64,000 nt of DNA from Patescibacteria group bacterium (GTDB lineage Bacteria > Patescibacteriota > Patescibacteriia > SG8-24 > DYFX01): assembly GCA_041659045.1 (NCBI GenBank), contig JBAZZB010000001.1, positions 6,111 to 70,110 on the forward strand, given 5' to 3'. This document shows positions 19,013 through 29,160 of the stretch, in pieces. A model generated the notes under the pieces. That model did not search any database, was not told the DNA's origin, and saw nothing but the letters and a program-made list of their open reading frames with translations. Positions within the stretch are counted from its first letter, which is position 1. Each line of letters starts with the position of its first letter. Made by a program: the position numbers and the translations under genes.

Positions 19013-19807
19013 ATGATCGGCCTCTTCGATTCGGGAATTGGCGGGCTCACTGTCGTCCGCGCACTTCGAGCCGCGTGCCCTGATTTGTCGTACGTCTATC
19101 TCGGCGACACCGCCCGGACGCCGTATGGTCCGAAAAGCCCGGAAACGATCCGTCGCTACTCCGAAGAAGCCGTCGATTTCTTGAAATCGAAAGGCGCCAA
19201 GGCAATCATCATTGCCTGCAACACCGCCTCCTCGCTCGCCGCCGCGCATCTTCGCGCGCGCGATCCAGAACTCCCCATCTTTGAGGTCGTGGGTCCGGCC
19301 GTGCGCATGGCGGCCCGCGTTTCCCTCAAGAAAAAAATCGGCTTGATCGGTACGCGCGCCACAGTTGGTAGCGGCGTGTATGAGCAGCGCTTGAAAGAAC
19401 TTGATCCCTCGATCGAAGTCTTCTCGAAGGCGGCACCGCTTCTCGTGTCGCTTGTGGAAGAGGGCTGGATCGATCAGCCGGAAACATCGACGATCATTGG
19501 AAAATATCTGGCGCCAATTCGCGAGTCTGAAATCGATGCGCTCATCCTTGGTTGCACGCATTACCCGATCCTCAAAGATGCGATCGCGCGTACGATGGGG
19601 GAGGGCGTCAAACTTGTTGATTCCGCCGAGGCTGTCGTGCACGAGTTCTGTGCTACACTTGAGAAAGATCCGGCTTTTGCCGCGTCGCTCGCGAAAGACG
19701 GTCGCGCTTCGTATTTCACGACCGATCCTACGCCCGCGTTCTCCGAACTCGGTTCCCGCTGGCTCGGTACCGAGATCCTCGTTTCACACGCCATCCTTTC
19801 AGCATAA
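19013..19807 (+). CDS. murI: glutamate racemase
   Basis: GLFDSGIGGLTV and IACNTAS motifs, second catalytic region GCTHYP. Confidence 0.92.
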   Translation: MIGLFDSGIGGLTVVRALRAACPDLSYVYLGDTARTPYGPKSPETIRRYSEEAVDFLKSKGAKAIIIACNTASSLAAAHLRARDPELPIFEVVGPAVRMAARVSLKKKIGLIGTRATVGSGVYEQRLKELDPSIEVFSKAAPLLVSLVEEGWIDQPETSTIIGKYLAPIRESEIDALILGCTHYPILKDAIARTMGEGVKLVDSAEAVVHEFCATLEKDPAFAASLAKDGRASYFTTDPTPAFSELGSRWLGTEILVSHAILSA

Positions 19808-19810
19808 ACC

Positions 19811-20941
19811 ATGGAAACCCTTCTCGTGCACGGCTCGACCGTGCTGCTCTTCATTATCGTTCTCGCCGTTCTTGTGCTCGTGCACGAGCTCGGTCATTTT
19901 CTGACCGCCCGATGGTTCGGCATCGACGTTGAAGAGTTCGGTTTCGGTTTTCCGCCGCGCATCTTCGGCGTGAAAAAAGGTAAGACGCTCTACACCCTCA
20001 ACTGGATTCCGCTTGGCGGCTTCGTGAAGATTAAAGGCGAAGACGATCCGGAAGCGCATGGTCCCGGTACGTTTGCCAACAAACCCGCTTGGGCGCGCGC
20101 GATTGTGATCGGCGCCGGCGTGTTCATGAACCTTGTTCTCGCGTCGATCTTGTTCGCAATCGGCCTTACGATCGGTATGCCGCAGGCGGTCGACAGTTTG
20201 CCCGCAAACGCCCGTGTGCGCGATCGCCAAGTGCAGATCATCGAAGTCCTGAAAGGCACGCCTGCTGAACAGGCCGGTTTGATGGCGGGGGATACCATCG
20301 TTTCGATCAATGATCAGGCCTTCACGAAGATTGAAGACATTCAAAACATCGTCAACATCGCGGAATCTTCCGTTAGTATTGAAATCCGTCGCGGGAAGAA
20401 AACTTTCACACAGGAACTTACGCCCGTGCTTGAACCGACACTCGGCAAGCGCGTCATGGGCGTCGGTTTGGTTGAAGCGGCCACGGTTTCCTATCCTTGG
20501 TACATTGCGATCGTTAAAGGTGTTCAAGCTACCGGTTTTTACCTGAAGGAGATCCTTCTGTCCTTTGCCGACCTCTTTAAAGGTCTCTTTGTCGGACAGA
20601 AATCCGACGTCGAATTCTCCGGCCCCGTTGGCATCGCCGTTTTGACCGGCCGCGCCGCCCGCCTCGGCTTCACGTATCTCCTGCAATTCGCCGCGCTTCT
20701 CTCCATCAACCTCGCCGTCATCAACGTCTTGCCGATTCCAGCGCTCGACGGCGGACGCCTCCTCTTCATCATCATCGAAAAAATCCGCGGCCGCTCTGTC
20801 CGTCCGGTCGTCGAAGCCGTCATTCACCGCATCGCCTTCTTCCTACTACTGGGCCTCATCGTGATCGTCACAGCCAAAGACCTCTCACGTTACGGAAACC
20901 AGATTTTGAAGGCACTGGGAAGTTTGATCGGGGTGTCTTGA
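19811..20941 (+). CDS. rseP: RIP (site-2) zinc metalloprotease RseP
   Basis: HELGH zinc motif in TM1, PDZ-like middle domain, LDGG motif in C-terminal TM; 3 nt after murI stop. Confidence 0.88.
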   Translation: METLLVHGSTVLLFIIVLAVLVLVHELGHFLTARWFGIDVEEFGFGFPPRIFGVKKGKTLYTLNWIPLGGFVKIKGEDDPEAHGPGTFANKPAWARAIVIGAGVFMNLVLASILFAIGLTIGMPQAVDSLPANARVRDRQVQIIEVLKGTPAEQAGLMAGDTIVSINDQAFTKIEDIQNIVNIAESSVSIEIRRGKKTFTQELTPVLEPTLGKRVMGVGLVEAATVSYPWYIAIVKGVQATGFYLKEILLSFADLFKGLFVGQKSDVEFSGPVGIAVLTGRAARLGFTYLLQFAALLSINLAVINVLPIPALDGGRLLFIIIEKIRGRSVRPVVEAVIHRIAFFLLLGLIVIVTAKDLSRYGNQILKALGSLIGVS

Positions 20942-21003
20942 CGTGAACGCTCAAACGTGATGGTGTGAAACCAGCGTGACTTCTGCGCGGAAAGAAGGCT
21001 GCG

Positions 21004-21543
21004 ATGTATCCCGTGACCTATCTCTCGAACCTCGTACACCGTCTCGTCAACCCCATGAGCCGTGCGCGACCGGCCAGGAGAACACGACCTGTCAGGGTCT
21101 TCGTCTGTTCGGATGAGACGCTCCCGGCGCTCATTGATCGCAGTGGGTACTGGCGTCTCTCCAGCTACGGTGTCCCGAAGGATTTTCACCGCGCCGAGTA
21201 TCCCAACCGAAACGTGCTGCCGCTCGTGAGCGGCTGGTCGACGGTCCAGGGGATCTTCTTCGATGCGCCGATCAGTTACGTGGAACTGGAGGATTTCTCG
21301 CGCGAGTCCGGTCTCGCCTTCGGCAGTAATTTCGAGCATGTGGCGCTCGATATGCAGCATCCGATGGCGATCGACGGTCGCAGACTCTGCTCCTTCGACC
21401 CCTACCCGTTTCTCATCTCCAAGGGCGCACGCGGTCGGCGGGAGCTATACCCGGACTGGGTACCCGGCCTCGGTTTTCCATGGCCGCAAGAGCACTGCTG
21501 GCTGTTTCGCCTACCGGAACCGTGCAACACTTCGTCGTCGTGA
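21004..21543 (+). CDS. hypothetical protein, paralogue 1 (C-terminal ...WLFRLP)
   Basis: ATG with conserved leader gacttctgcgcggaaagaaggctgcg; shares C-terminal motif with next gene. Confidence 0.45.
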   Translation: MYPVTYLSNLVHRLVNPMSRARPARRTRPVRVFVCSDETLPALIDRSGYWRLSSYGVPKDFHRAEYPNRNVLPLVSGWSTVQGIFFDAPISYVELEDFSRESGLAFGSNFEHVALDMQHPMAIDGRRLCSFDPYPFLISKGARGRRELYPDWVPGLGFPWPQEHCWLFRLPEPCNTSSS

Positions 21544-21652
21544 TCGCCTCATTCTCGAGGCGGTTTTTGTTTCAAGGTCTTCATTGACAAAAAATCAAAA
21601 TCATGATGCGCTGTCGGCAGCGCGACCTCTGCGCCGAAAGAAGGTGACCGTC

Positions 21653-22219
21653 ATGTGTCAATTGAAAAGCAATCTCTTCTCCAGTCTGCTCGAGTTCGTT
21701 GTTGCGATCGAGGCGCGAGAGGTCCATGTCCCTCCCGACGTGTCGATCAACGCGCTTATCGATCGCGCCGTCGGTCTGGGGATCCTTCCCGCCATCCACG
21801 AGTCGGAGCGCGCCATCCGCTACTTCGCCTCGCCGCACCAGAGCCAGCTCGGCTTGCGAGCCACGCAGCACGGCGTTTCTCGTGTCGCGGCCCTGGCCTT
21901 CGATCAGGACGTGAGCGATCACGAGGTCAAAGGGTTGGTCCGGCAGTACAACGAGCGTTGCGGCCTCGGCAAGCAGATCGCCTTCGCCACAGCTTTCGAA
22001 CTCATCGATCTCGAGATGCGGCATCCGGAGTTCCTACGCGGTCACGACGTCAGGGCTATCGAACCGGGTTTCAAGCTCGGCGGCGGCTCCTATCACCTCG
22101 CGATTTCTGATGCGCCGAACGGCAAGCGTCAGCATCGTGTGGAGTGGCACAAGCCCGGTAACAGTCGGCTTTCGGGCTGGTACTGGCTCTTCCGACTCCC
22201 GTCCCAACCGCCGGCCTGA
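21653..22219 (+). CDS. hypothetical protein, paralogue 2 (C-terminal ...WYWLFRLP)
   Basis: ATG preceded by near-identical leader gacctctgcgccgaaagaaggtgacc; followed by short hairpin + T-run. Confidence 0.45.
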   Translation: MCQLKSNLFSSLLEFVVAIEAREVHVPPDVSINALIDRAVGLGILPAIHESERAIRYFASPHQSQLGLRATQHGVSRVAALAFDQDVSDHEVKGLVRQYNERCGLGKQIAFATAFELIDLEMRHPEFLRGHDVRAIEPGFKLGGGSYHLAISDAPNGKRQHRVEWHKPGNSRLSGWYWLFRLPSQPPA

Positions 22220-22293
22220 CCCCGCACCTACTCGCGGATCATGCGCCGCGGTTTTTTATTTACAAAAACAGGTCTTTCCCTTAAAGTACCCGT

Positions 22294-23352
22294 ATGAAAG
22301 AGAAGTTTGAACGGCTTCAAACCGAAGCCTCCTCGGCCTTTGCTGAGGCCAAAAATGCCGCTGAACTCGAAGCCGCGGAAATCAAATACCTCGGACGCAA
22401 AGGCTCCATGGCCGCTCTCATGCAAGGGATGGCCGGTTTGGCTTCGCATGAACGTCCGATGATGGGCAAGCTCGCCAATGAAGTGAAAGTCGCGATCGAC
22501 CGTGCGCTCGCCGAACGGAAGAAGGAACTCGAAGCTGAAAAGCTGGGCAAGCTCGCCACGGAAGAATGGATCGATCTCACGGCACCCGGCACGCGCCCAC
22601 CCGAAGGACACCTCCACCTTGTCACCGACGCCGTCTCGGCGATTACGGAAATTTTTTCGCGCATCGGTTTCACTCGCGTGCGCTATCCCGAAGTCGAATG
22701 GGATTGGTACGCCTTCGAAGCGCTCAATATGCCGAAAGATCATCCTGCGCGCGATGAGTGGGAAACATTCTTCATGGACGCTCCTGAGCATCCGAAGCTC
22801 GGCAAGATGGTGCTGACTCCGCATACTTCGTCCGGACAGGTGCGCGAGATGCAGAAAGGAAAGCTTCCGATCCGCATGATCAACATCTCGAAAACGTACC
22901 GCCGCCAGAGCGACGTGACGCATGTGCCGATGTTCCATCAGTTCGAAGGTTTGATGATCGACAAGAATGTTTCCGTCACGCACCTGAAAGGCGTGCTCGA
23001 TCATTTCGCGCGCGAATTTTTCGGACCGACGCGCGTGACGCGTCTGCGCCCCTTCCACTTCCGCTTCACCGAACCGTCGTTTGAAATTGATATCTCCTGC
23101 GACCTTTGCGGCGGTACTGGCAAAATCGGCGAAGCGAAATGTCGCGTCTGCAAAGAAGGCTGGCTCGAGCTCGGTGGCGCCGGCATGGTGCACCCGAACG
23201 TCCTCAAAGCCGGCGGCGTCGATCCGGAGAAGTGGAGTGGCTTCGCCTTCGGTTGGGGCGTCGAACGCACCATGATGATGCGCGAAGGCGTGAAGATCGA
23301 CGACATTCGCAGGCTCTATAAGAACGATTTCCGCTTCCTTCAACAGTTCTAA
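22294..23352 (+). CDS. pheS: phenylalanine--tRNA ligase alpha subunit
   Basis: class II aaRS motifs (FRFTEPSFE, GAGMVHPNVL, GFAFGWGVERTMMM). Confidence 0.95.
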   Translation: MKEKFERLQTEASSAFAEAKNAAELEAAEIKYLGRKGSMAALMQGMAGLASHERPMMGKLANEVKVAIDRALAERKKELEAEKLGKLATEEWIDLTAPGTRPPEGHLHLVTDAVSAITEIFSRIGFTRVRYPEVEWDWYAFEALNMPKDHPARDEWETFFMDAPEHPKLGKMVLTPHTSSGQVREMQKGKLPIRMINISKTYRRQSDVTHVPMFHQFEGLMIDKNVSVTHLKGVLDHFAREFFGPTRVTRLRPFHFRFTEPSFEIDISCDLCGGTGKIGEAKCRVCKEGWLELGGAGMVHPNVLKAGGVDPEKWSGFAFGWGVERTMMMREGVKIDDIRRLYKNDFRFLQQF

Positions 23353-23353
23353 T

Positions 23354-23689
23354 ATGGCCGCTTTCCTCGCCATTCTCGTCGCTCAGCTGCTGTACACCAC
23401 GGCCGACGTCTTTCAGAAGAAGGCGCTCGGCAATCTTGGATTTTCGTTTCGCACGTTCATTAATCCGGCGTTTGCCTTCACGTTCCTGATCTCCGCCACG
23501 GGCTTCGTCTTCCAAATGTACGCGCTCTCACGGATGGAACTCTCGCGCGCCATCATTCTCCTCGGCGTGATCGGTGTTGTCACCGCAGCTGTCGCCGGTA
23601 TCATCGTCTTCCACGACAAGTTCACCTGGTGGAATTGGCTCGGCGTCGCCTTCGCGATCGCAGCGATCGTGCTCGTCAAACTGAAATAG
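23354..23689 (+). CDS. small 4-TM DMT-superfamily (SMR/EamA-like) membrane protein
   Basis: 111 aa, four hydrophobic helices; wedged between pheS (stop 23352) and pheT (start 23691). Confidence 0.55.
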   Translation: MAAFLAILVAQLLYTTADVFQKKALGNLGFSFRTFINPAFAFTFLISATGFVFQMYALSRMELSRAIILLGVIGVVTAAVAGIIVFHDKFTWWNWLGVAFAIAAIVLVKLK

Positions 23690-23690
23690 C

Positions 23691-26102
23691 ATGAACCTCC
23701 TCGTCTCCTACAATTGGCTGAAGCAGTACGTAAAGCTGAAACAGACGCCGCAGGAATTTGCGGCGCGACTTTCGCTTTCCGGCCCGTCGATTGAGCGCAT
23801 CTATCCGCAAGGCGCGGCTCTGAACAATATTGTCGTCGGTAAGATCGTGAACGTGAAGCCGCATCCGAATGCTGACAAGCTCCGTGTCGTTGAAACGGAT
23901 TTGGGAACGATGACGAAAGATATTGTCTGTGGCGGATCAAACCTCGCTCCCGGGCAGCTCGTCGTCGTGGCACTGCCGGGTTCTTGGGTGAAGTGGCATG
24001 GAGAAGGGGAGCCGGTCGAAATCAAAGCGGCGGCACTGCGCGGCGTCGAATCCTACGGCATGATCTGCGGCGCCGACGAAGTCGGATTGCTTGATCGATT
24101 CCCCAAAAAAGAAGAGAAAGAAATTGTCGATCTCTCCGCACTGAAACTCAAACCAGGCACGCCGCTCGCTGAAGCCTTGAAACTCGATGACGTCATCTTT
24201 GACGTTGAAGTGACTTCTAACCGCCCCGACGCGTTTTGCATGACCGGCATGGCGCTTGAAGCATCCGCAATTTTGAACGCGCCACTCGTCTGGAAGACTC
24301 CTTCTCTTCCCACCCCGGCGAAAGCCGGGGCCCAGAAATCCTTGCCGCTCGCGGTTTCGGTTGAAGCGAAAAAACTCTGCCCGCGCTATCAGGCCGTCGT
24401 CATGAAAAACGTGAAGGTCGGCCCGAGCCCGGCTTGGATGAAAGAGCGCCTCGCCTCTGCCGGTGTCCGCTCGATCAACAATCTCGTTGATATCACCAAC
24501 TACGTCCGCCTCGAACTCGGGCAACCGATGCACGTGTTTGATTACGAAAAACTCGCCGGCGCCAAAATCATCGTGCGCGAAGCGAAAGCGGGGGAGAAAC
24601 TCAAGGCGCTCGACGGCAATGCGTACGAACTCAAGGCCGGACAGCTCGTGATCGCTGATGCCGCGCAGCCTGTTGCCGTGGCTGGTGTCATGGGTGGAGA
24701 AGAAAGCGGAACAACAGAAGGCACGACGACGATCGTTTTCGAATCGGCGTCTTTCGACTCCGTTTCGGTGCGCCGTACCGCCCGCGCCCTCAACCTGCAT
24801 TCCGATTCCTCGCAGCTTTACGAAAAGGGTCTCTCGACCGAGATCACTTCCGCTGCGCTCGCGCGCGCGGCCGAACTCGCCAACGAACTCGCCGGAGCCG
24901 AACTCGTCTCTAAGATCATCGACGTCCGCGCTTCCACCTACAAACCGCTTGTCTTTCCGTTCCGCCCGTCGCGCGCCGCCGAACTCATCGGCGTCGATCT
25001 TCCGGCCAAGGAAATGCTTCGGATTTTGAAAGCGCTGGGATTCAAAACGACCGGTACTGGCAAGCAATGGAAAGTTACGGTTCCACCTTGGCGCGATCAT
25101 GACATCGAAGGTGAACGCGACCTCGTCGAAGAAGTCGCGCGCGTCTACGGCTACGGCAATCTTCCTTCGGTGCTGCCGGAGGGCCAGTTGCCGCTCGCCA
25201 CGCCGGATCGTTCGCTTGTATGGGAAGACCGTGCCAAGCGCCATCTGAAAGATTGGGGCTTCACCGAGCTCATGACCTACTCGTTCGTGTCGAAAGACTT
25301 GGCCGAGAAATCGAGCTGCGGCGAACAATCGATGGTGCGCATCAACAATCCGCTGACGGAAGAGTTTGAATACATGCGCGATCGCTTGATTGGCAGCGTG
25401 CTCAAAGTCATTGCTGAAAACCAAGAGGAGTCGGTAGAGGGGCGCACTTTCGAATTGGCCAACGTCTACACGCCGCGCCCAGGCGACTTGCCGCTCGAAA
25501 CTCCGCGCCTCGTCATCGCTTCTTGGAGCCGTCATGAAGATGGACGCGATGTTTTCGCGATCAAAGGCATCATCGAAGCCTTGCTTGAAACGTTCGGCAT
25601 TCGCGGCGCGAAGTTCGAACGTGGTACGGGTTCCGACGTCTGGCACCCGGGTCGCAGTGGCGTCGTGAACGTCGGCGATCAAACGCTTGGCGGTTTCGGA
25701 GAATTCCACCCGCAGTTTTTGAAGCGCTTCGGCATCGACCGTCGCGTGGCCGCCGTCTCGCTCGATTTCCCGATGCTCGCTTCGTGGGCCAACGAAGCCA
25801 AGTTCTACGCCCCGATCCCGGAGTTCCCGCGCGTGAAGCGCGACTTGGCTTTCGTCGTCGAACGCCACTTGGAACACGCCGCGATTGCCGCCAAGCTCGA
25901 AAACGCCGATCCGCTCGTCGCTTCTGTCGAGTTGTTCGACGTGTACGAGGGCGAGAACCTTGGCGCAGGCAAGAAGAGTATGGCGTATCATCTTGAATTC
26001 GCCGCCACCGACCGCACGCTCAAGGCCGAAGAAGTCGATCAAGTTCTCGAGGCTCTCCGCGTAAAACTAAAAAGCGACTTCGGAGCCGAAGTCCGTTCCT
26101 AA
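23691..26102 (+). CDS. pheT: phenylalanine--tRNA ligase beta subunit
   Basis: tRNA-binding OB N-term, B3/B4, B5, catalytic-like and FDX-ACB C-terminal domains; 803 aa. Confidence 0.95.
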   Translation: MNLLVSYNWLKQYVKLKQTPQEFAARLSLSGPSIERIYPQGAALNNIVVGKIVNVKPHPNADKLRVVETDLGTMTKDIVCGGSNLAPGQLVVVALPGSWVKWHGEGEPVEIKAAALRGVESYGMICGADEVGLLDRFPKKEEKEIVDLSALKLKPGTPLAEALKLDDVIFDVEVTSNRPDAFCMTGMALEASAILNAPLVWKTPSLPTPAKAGAQKSLPLAVSVEAKKLCPRYQAVVMKNVKVGPSPAWMKERLASAGVRSINNLVDITNYVRLELGQPMHVFDYEKLAGAKIIVREAKAGEKLKALDGNAYELKAGQLVIADAAQPVAVAGVMGGEESGTTEGTTTIVFESASFDSVSVRRTARALNLHSDSSQLYEKGLSTEITSAALARAAELANELAGAELVSKIIDVRASTYKPLVFPFRPSRAAELIGVDLPAKEMLRILKALGFKTTGTGKQWKVTVPPWRDHDIEGERDLVEEVARVYGYGNLPSVLPEGQLPLATPDRSLVWEDRAKRHLKDWGFTELMTYSFVSKDLAEKSSCGEQSMVRINNPLTEEFEYMRDRLIGSVLKVIAENQEESVEGRTFELANVYTPRPGDLPLETPRLVIASWSRHEDGRDVFAIKGIIEALLETFGIRGAKFERGTGSDVWHPGRSGVVNVGDQTLGGFGEFHPQFLKRFGIDRRVAAVSLDFPMLASWANEAKFYAPIPEFPRVKRDLAFVVERHLEHAAIAAKLENADPLVASVELFDVYEGENLGAGKKSMAYHLEFAATDRTLKAEEVDQVLEALRVKLKSDFGAEVRS

Positions 26103-26111
26103 CCATCATCT

Positions 26112-26402
26112 ATGGCTACACGCAACGAATTCATCCAGCGCCAGCACGACGAAGTCCGCGAGACGCTCGAACGCCTGCGCGAGCACGCCATGGGGTTTGA
26201 AGAAAAAATGCAGGAAGGCGAAGACGCCGAAGAGTGGCAGCCCCTCGTCGACGAGGCAAAAGCCGGCGTCGCCGCGCTCGAACCGGTCCTGGCCGACTTC
26301 GACAACGTCGGCGTCGATCCTGAAGAGCTCGTGCAATACGCGCAAATCATCGAACACTGGCAGATGCGCGAAGCCGAGTTCGCCAAGACGCTTCAGTCGT
26401 GA
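26112..26402 (+). CDS. hypothetical acidic protein
   Basis: 96-aa ORF 10 nt after pheT; no motif. Confidence 0.4.
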   Translation: MATRNEFIQRQHDEVRETLERLREHAMGFEEKMQEGEDAEEWQPLVDEAKAGVAALEPVLADFDNVGVDPEELVQYAQIIEHWQMREAEFAKTLQS

Positions 26403-26426
26403 TATCCTAAGGCCATAAAGGAGGAT

Positions 26427-26798
26427 ATGGTCATCGCATCATCAAAAGACATCTTGTTCGTCGTCTTGGCGTTCTGCGCCCTCTGGTTCACGGTCTTCGT
26501 GTGCTGGGCGCTCTATTACGTCATCGGCATGCTCCGCGACGCCTCGTTTATCATGCGTGAGATCCACGATAAGATCTCCGCTATCGATAAGGCGATCAGC
26601 GCGGTACGCGAAAAGGTGGAAACCTCGTTCGGCAGCTTCGGTATCGCCGCGGCTGGACTCAAGATGCTCGGCGGATACCTCGACAAGCGCAAGGGAAAAG
26701 CGGCGGCTCAAGTCGAAAAAGCGGCTGAATTGCTCAAGAAGAAAGCCAACAAAGTGAAAAAGAAGATTCAGGAAGAACTGGAAGAAGATAGCGACTGA
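26427..26798 (+). CDS. hypothetical membrane protein with Lys-rich C-terminal coiled coil
   Basis: one TM helix then charged helical region; followed by hairpin aaacccctttggccaacaccgaaggggttt + T-run. Confidence 0.45.
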   Translation: MVIASSKDILFVVLAFCALWFTVFVCWALYYVIGMLRDASFIMREIHDKISAIDKAISAVREKVETSFGSFGIAAAGLKMLGGYLDKRKGKAAAQVEKAAELLKKKANKVKKKIQEELEEDSD

Positions 26799-26886
26799 CG
26801 CAAGAAACCCCTTTGGCCAACACCGAAGGGGTTTTGATTTACGGCGAGAAGCTGCTATTCTTTGGGCGAAGATTCACTTTACGCTT

Positions 26887-27330
26887 ATGGAAACGCAACA
26901 CGGACTCCCGGGTGTCAGCTGCATGGACTTGAGGAAAATTCAGGAAAGCGAAAAGCCGCACGTCTTAATCGACGTACGCGACTTGGCCGACTACGAAGCT
27001 GGTCACGTCGAAGGCTCGATTCACGTGCCGCTGCGCGAGCTTGAAACGAACATTGATGGTGTTGTGCCGTTGAAAGACGAATACGTCATCGTGATCGGCG
27101 AAGAGCGCGGTTTCGCCCCAGAAACATACGAACAGTTGAAGAACAAAGGCTATACGAACGTCGAATTCCTGCTCGGAGGTTTCGATGAATGGTGCAAACC
27201 CGCGACTCCGGACATCAGCGATCTCAAAGAAGACGCAGAAATGGAAAAAGAGATTGCGGAAGACCGTTCTGGGCACGGCGAAGACCAGGACAACATCGAG
27301 CAAGGTACTCAGGACGAGCCCTTGATGTGA
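26887..27330 (+). CDS. rhodanese-homology-domain protein lacking catalytic Cys
   Basis: rhodanese fold pattern (HVLIDVRDLADYEAGHVEGSIHVP ... LGGFDEW) but active-site loop is IGEERGF (no Cys). Confidence 0.6.
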   Translation: METQHGLPGVSCMDLRKIQESEKPHVLIDVRDLADYEAGHVEGSIHVPLRELETNIDGVVPLKDEYVIVIGEERGFAPETYEQLKNKGYTNVEFLLGGFDEWCKPATPDISDLKEDAEMEKEIAEDRSGHGEDQDNIEQGTQDEPLM

Positions 27331-27432
27331 GGTGGGGAGGGGAATTGACAAAAAAGCCGATATTCATTGGCTCCCCGCCAGATAGTTGCTATACTTCCTA
27401 ACGTATCTAAGACTTATCCACAGAGAGATTGT

Positions 27433-27714
27433 ATGGCTAAGATGAGCAAGTCCCAGGTCGTCGCCGCGATGGCCGAAAAGAGCGGTTTGTCCAAGAAGGA
27501 CGCCGGCATGTACCTCGAGAACCTCGCTAAATTGGCTGAAACGGAAGTGAAGAAGGCCGGCGAATTCGTTCTCCCGGGCTTCGGCAAACTCGTGAAGATG
27601 CACCGCAAGGAGCGCATGGGCCGCAACCCGGCCACGGGCCAGCCGGTCAAGATCGCCGCAAAGACGGTCGTGAAGTTCCGCCTCGCGAAAGCGATGAAGG
27701 ACGCCGTTCTCTAA
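27433..27714 (+). CDS. hup: DNA-binding protein HU
   Basis: HU/IHF signature (GFGKL...RKERMGRNPATGQPVKIAAKTVVKFR). Confidence 0.9.
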   Translation: MAKMSKSQVVAAMAEKSGLSKKDAGMYLENLAKLAETEVKKAGEFVLPGFGKLVKMHRKERMGRNPATGQPVKIAAKTVVKFRLAKAMKDAVL

Positions 27715-27721
27715 GAGAACC

Positions 27722-27756
27722 AAAAAAAAACCCCGCATGCGCGGGGTTTTTTGATT
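27722..27756 (+). terminator. intrinsic terminator after hup
   Basis: aaaccccgcatgcgcggggtttttt. Confidence 0.8.
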
Positions 27757-27837
27757 TTGCCGTCGCTGCCATGCTCTCTTGACGAAAGGGCCATTTTTTG
27801 GTAGCTTCGATCGGTCTTTCATTACGAGGAGCATACA

Positions 27838-29016
27838 TTGCACTACGACGACATTGTCATCGGACTCGGTGCCATGGGCAGTTCGACGGTCTATCAGCTC
27901 ACCAAGCGCGGGCGGAAAACGCTCGGGATCGACGAGCGCGAGGTGGGACAGAAGCATCTGCCTGGAGAACGTGGGGCGCGCGTCACGCGCACGGCGATCG
28001 GCGATGATGGGGTACACACTCCGTTCGCCCGTCGTTCGGACGAACTGCTCGACGAGCTCGAGCGCGCGTCGTCCGTGCGACTCCGTATGAAGACAGGCGG
28101 CTTGCTTGTCAGAAAGCCGGACTCCGAGGCGTCCGAACTCGTGTCGAAACCCTTCGAACGGGAGGCAGCCTCGGCTCGGTCCTACGGCGTCGGCTACGAG
28201 TGGCTCGAAGCCAAGGATATTCGCCGCCGGTTTTCGCCACTACGTGTGCGGTTCGGCGAGATCGGTTACTACGAACCCGAATCCGGGTACGTGAAGCCCG
28301 GACATTGCGTTTCGATCCAGCTCGGTTTGGCCGGCCTCTCCGGAGCGGAGATTCGTCGTGGCGAGCGCGCGCTGTCGTTCCACGCATGTTCTGATGGCGT
28401 CTCCGTCGAAACCAATCGCGGAACGTATCGTGCCGAGCGCTTGATCGTCTGCGTCGGGGCATGGGCGTCGGATCTGCTCGGTGAGGCGTTCGCGGAACGC
28501 AGCTCGTTGCGGCACGAGACCGTCTACTGCTTCGAAGTCGCCGACGAGCGGCCTTTCCTGCCCAAGAACTTCCCGGTCTTCACGTGGGGACAGCAGAACT
28601 CCCACAAGGAGATCCATGGCTTTCCAGCCGTCGACGGTTTCGAGGGCGGCGTGAAGATCGCCACCGAACGAAACGTCAAAGCGGGAATCTCTGTGAAGTC
28701 GGAGCGCGTCGTGAGTCCCGAGGAAGCGGCTGCCATGCACGAAAGCTGTATTGCGCCGCGTATGCGAGGCGTCACCTCCCGGATCCTCAAGGCCTGGACC
28801 CGCACGTGTGCGGTTCCTAACAACGCGGGGTTCACCGTCGATCGGCATCCCGAGTCCGCCGCGATTACGGTTGTCTCGGCTTGCACGGGCTTCGGTTCCA
28901 AGTATGCGCCTGCCGTCGGCGAAGCGATTGCACAGACGCTTGTCGACGGTCGCAGCGCGCTCGATCTCACAGCCTTTCGATCGGATCGTTCACGAGACTC
29001 CATGGCCATCGCCTAG
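27838..29016 (+). CDS. FAD-dependent oxidoreductase (DAO/sarcosine-oxidase-like family)
   Basis: TTG start with ACGAGGA RBS; Rossmann dinucleotide motif DIVIGLGAMGSS; DAO-family length; high GC. Confidence 0.75.
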   Translation: MHYDDIVIGLGAMGSSTVYQLTKRGRKTLGIDEREVGQKHLPGERGARVTRTAIGDDGVHTPFARRSDELLDELERASSVRLRMKTGGLLVRKPDSEASELVSKPFEREAASARSYGVGYEWLEAKDIRRRFSPLRVRFGEIGYYEPESGYVKPGHCVSIQLGLAGLSGAEIRRGERALSFHACSDGVSVETNRGTYRAERLIVCVGAWASDLLGEAFAERSSLRHETVYCFEVADERPFLPKNFPVFTWGQQNSHKEIHGFPAVDGFEGGVKIATERNVKAGISVKSERVVSPEEAAAMHESCIAPRMRGVTSRILKAWTRTCAVPNNAGFTVDRHPESAAITVVSACTGFGSKYAPAVGEAIAQTLVDGRSALDLTAFRSDRSRDSMAIA

Positions 29017-29160
29017 GGGTCTCTTTTTCTTTCGAACGCGGTTTCGTGTATACTCTCTTCATTACGCTTTTATTTTTTCCATATGGCCAAAGGGAACAAC
29101 TCCCAGCAGCGCGAAAAGAAGAAGCCCAAAGGCGGCAAGAAAAAGTAGTCTTGCAAGGCA

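Noticed and set aside
19799-20827. 342-aa minus-strand ORF
   Set aside because: Antisense to rseP.
22228-23373. 381-aa minus-strand ORF
   Set aside because: Antisense to pheS.
23937-26042. 701-aa minus-strand ORF
   Set aside because: Antisense to pheT, which has unambiguous conserved domains; composition Arg/Gly/His-rich.
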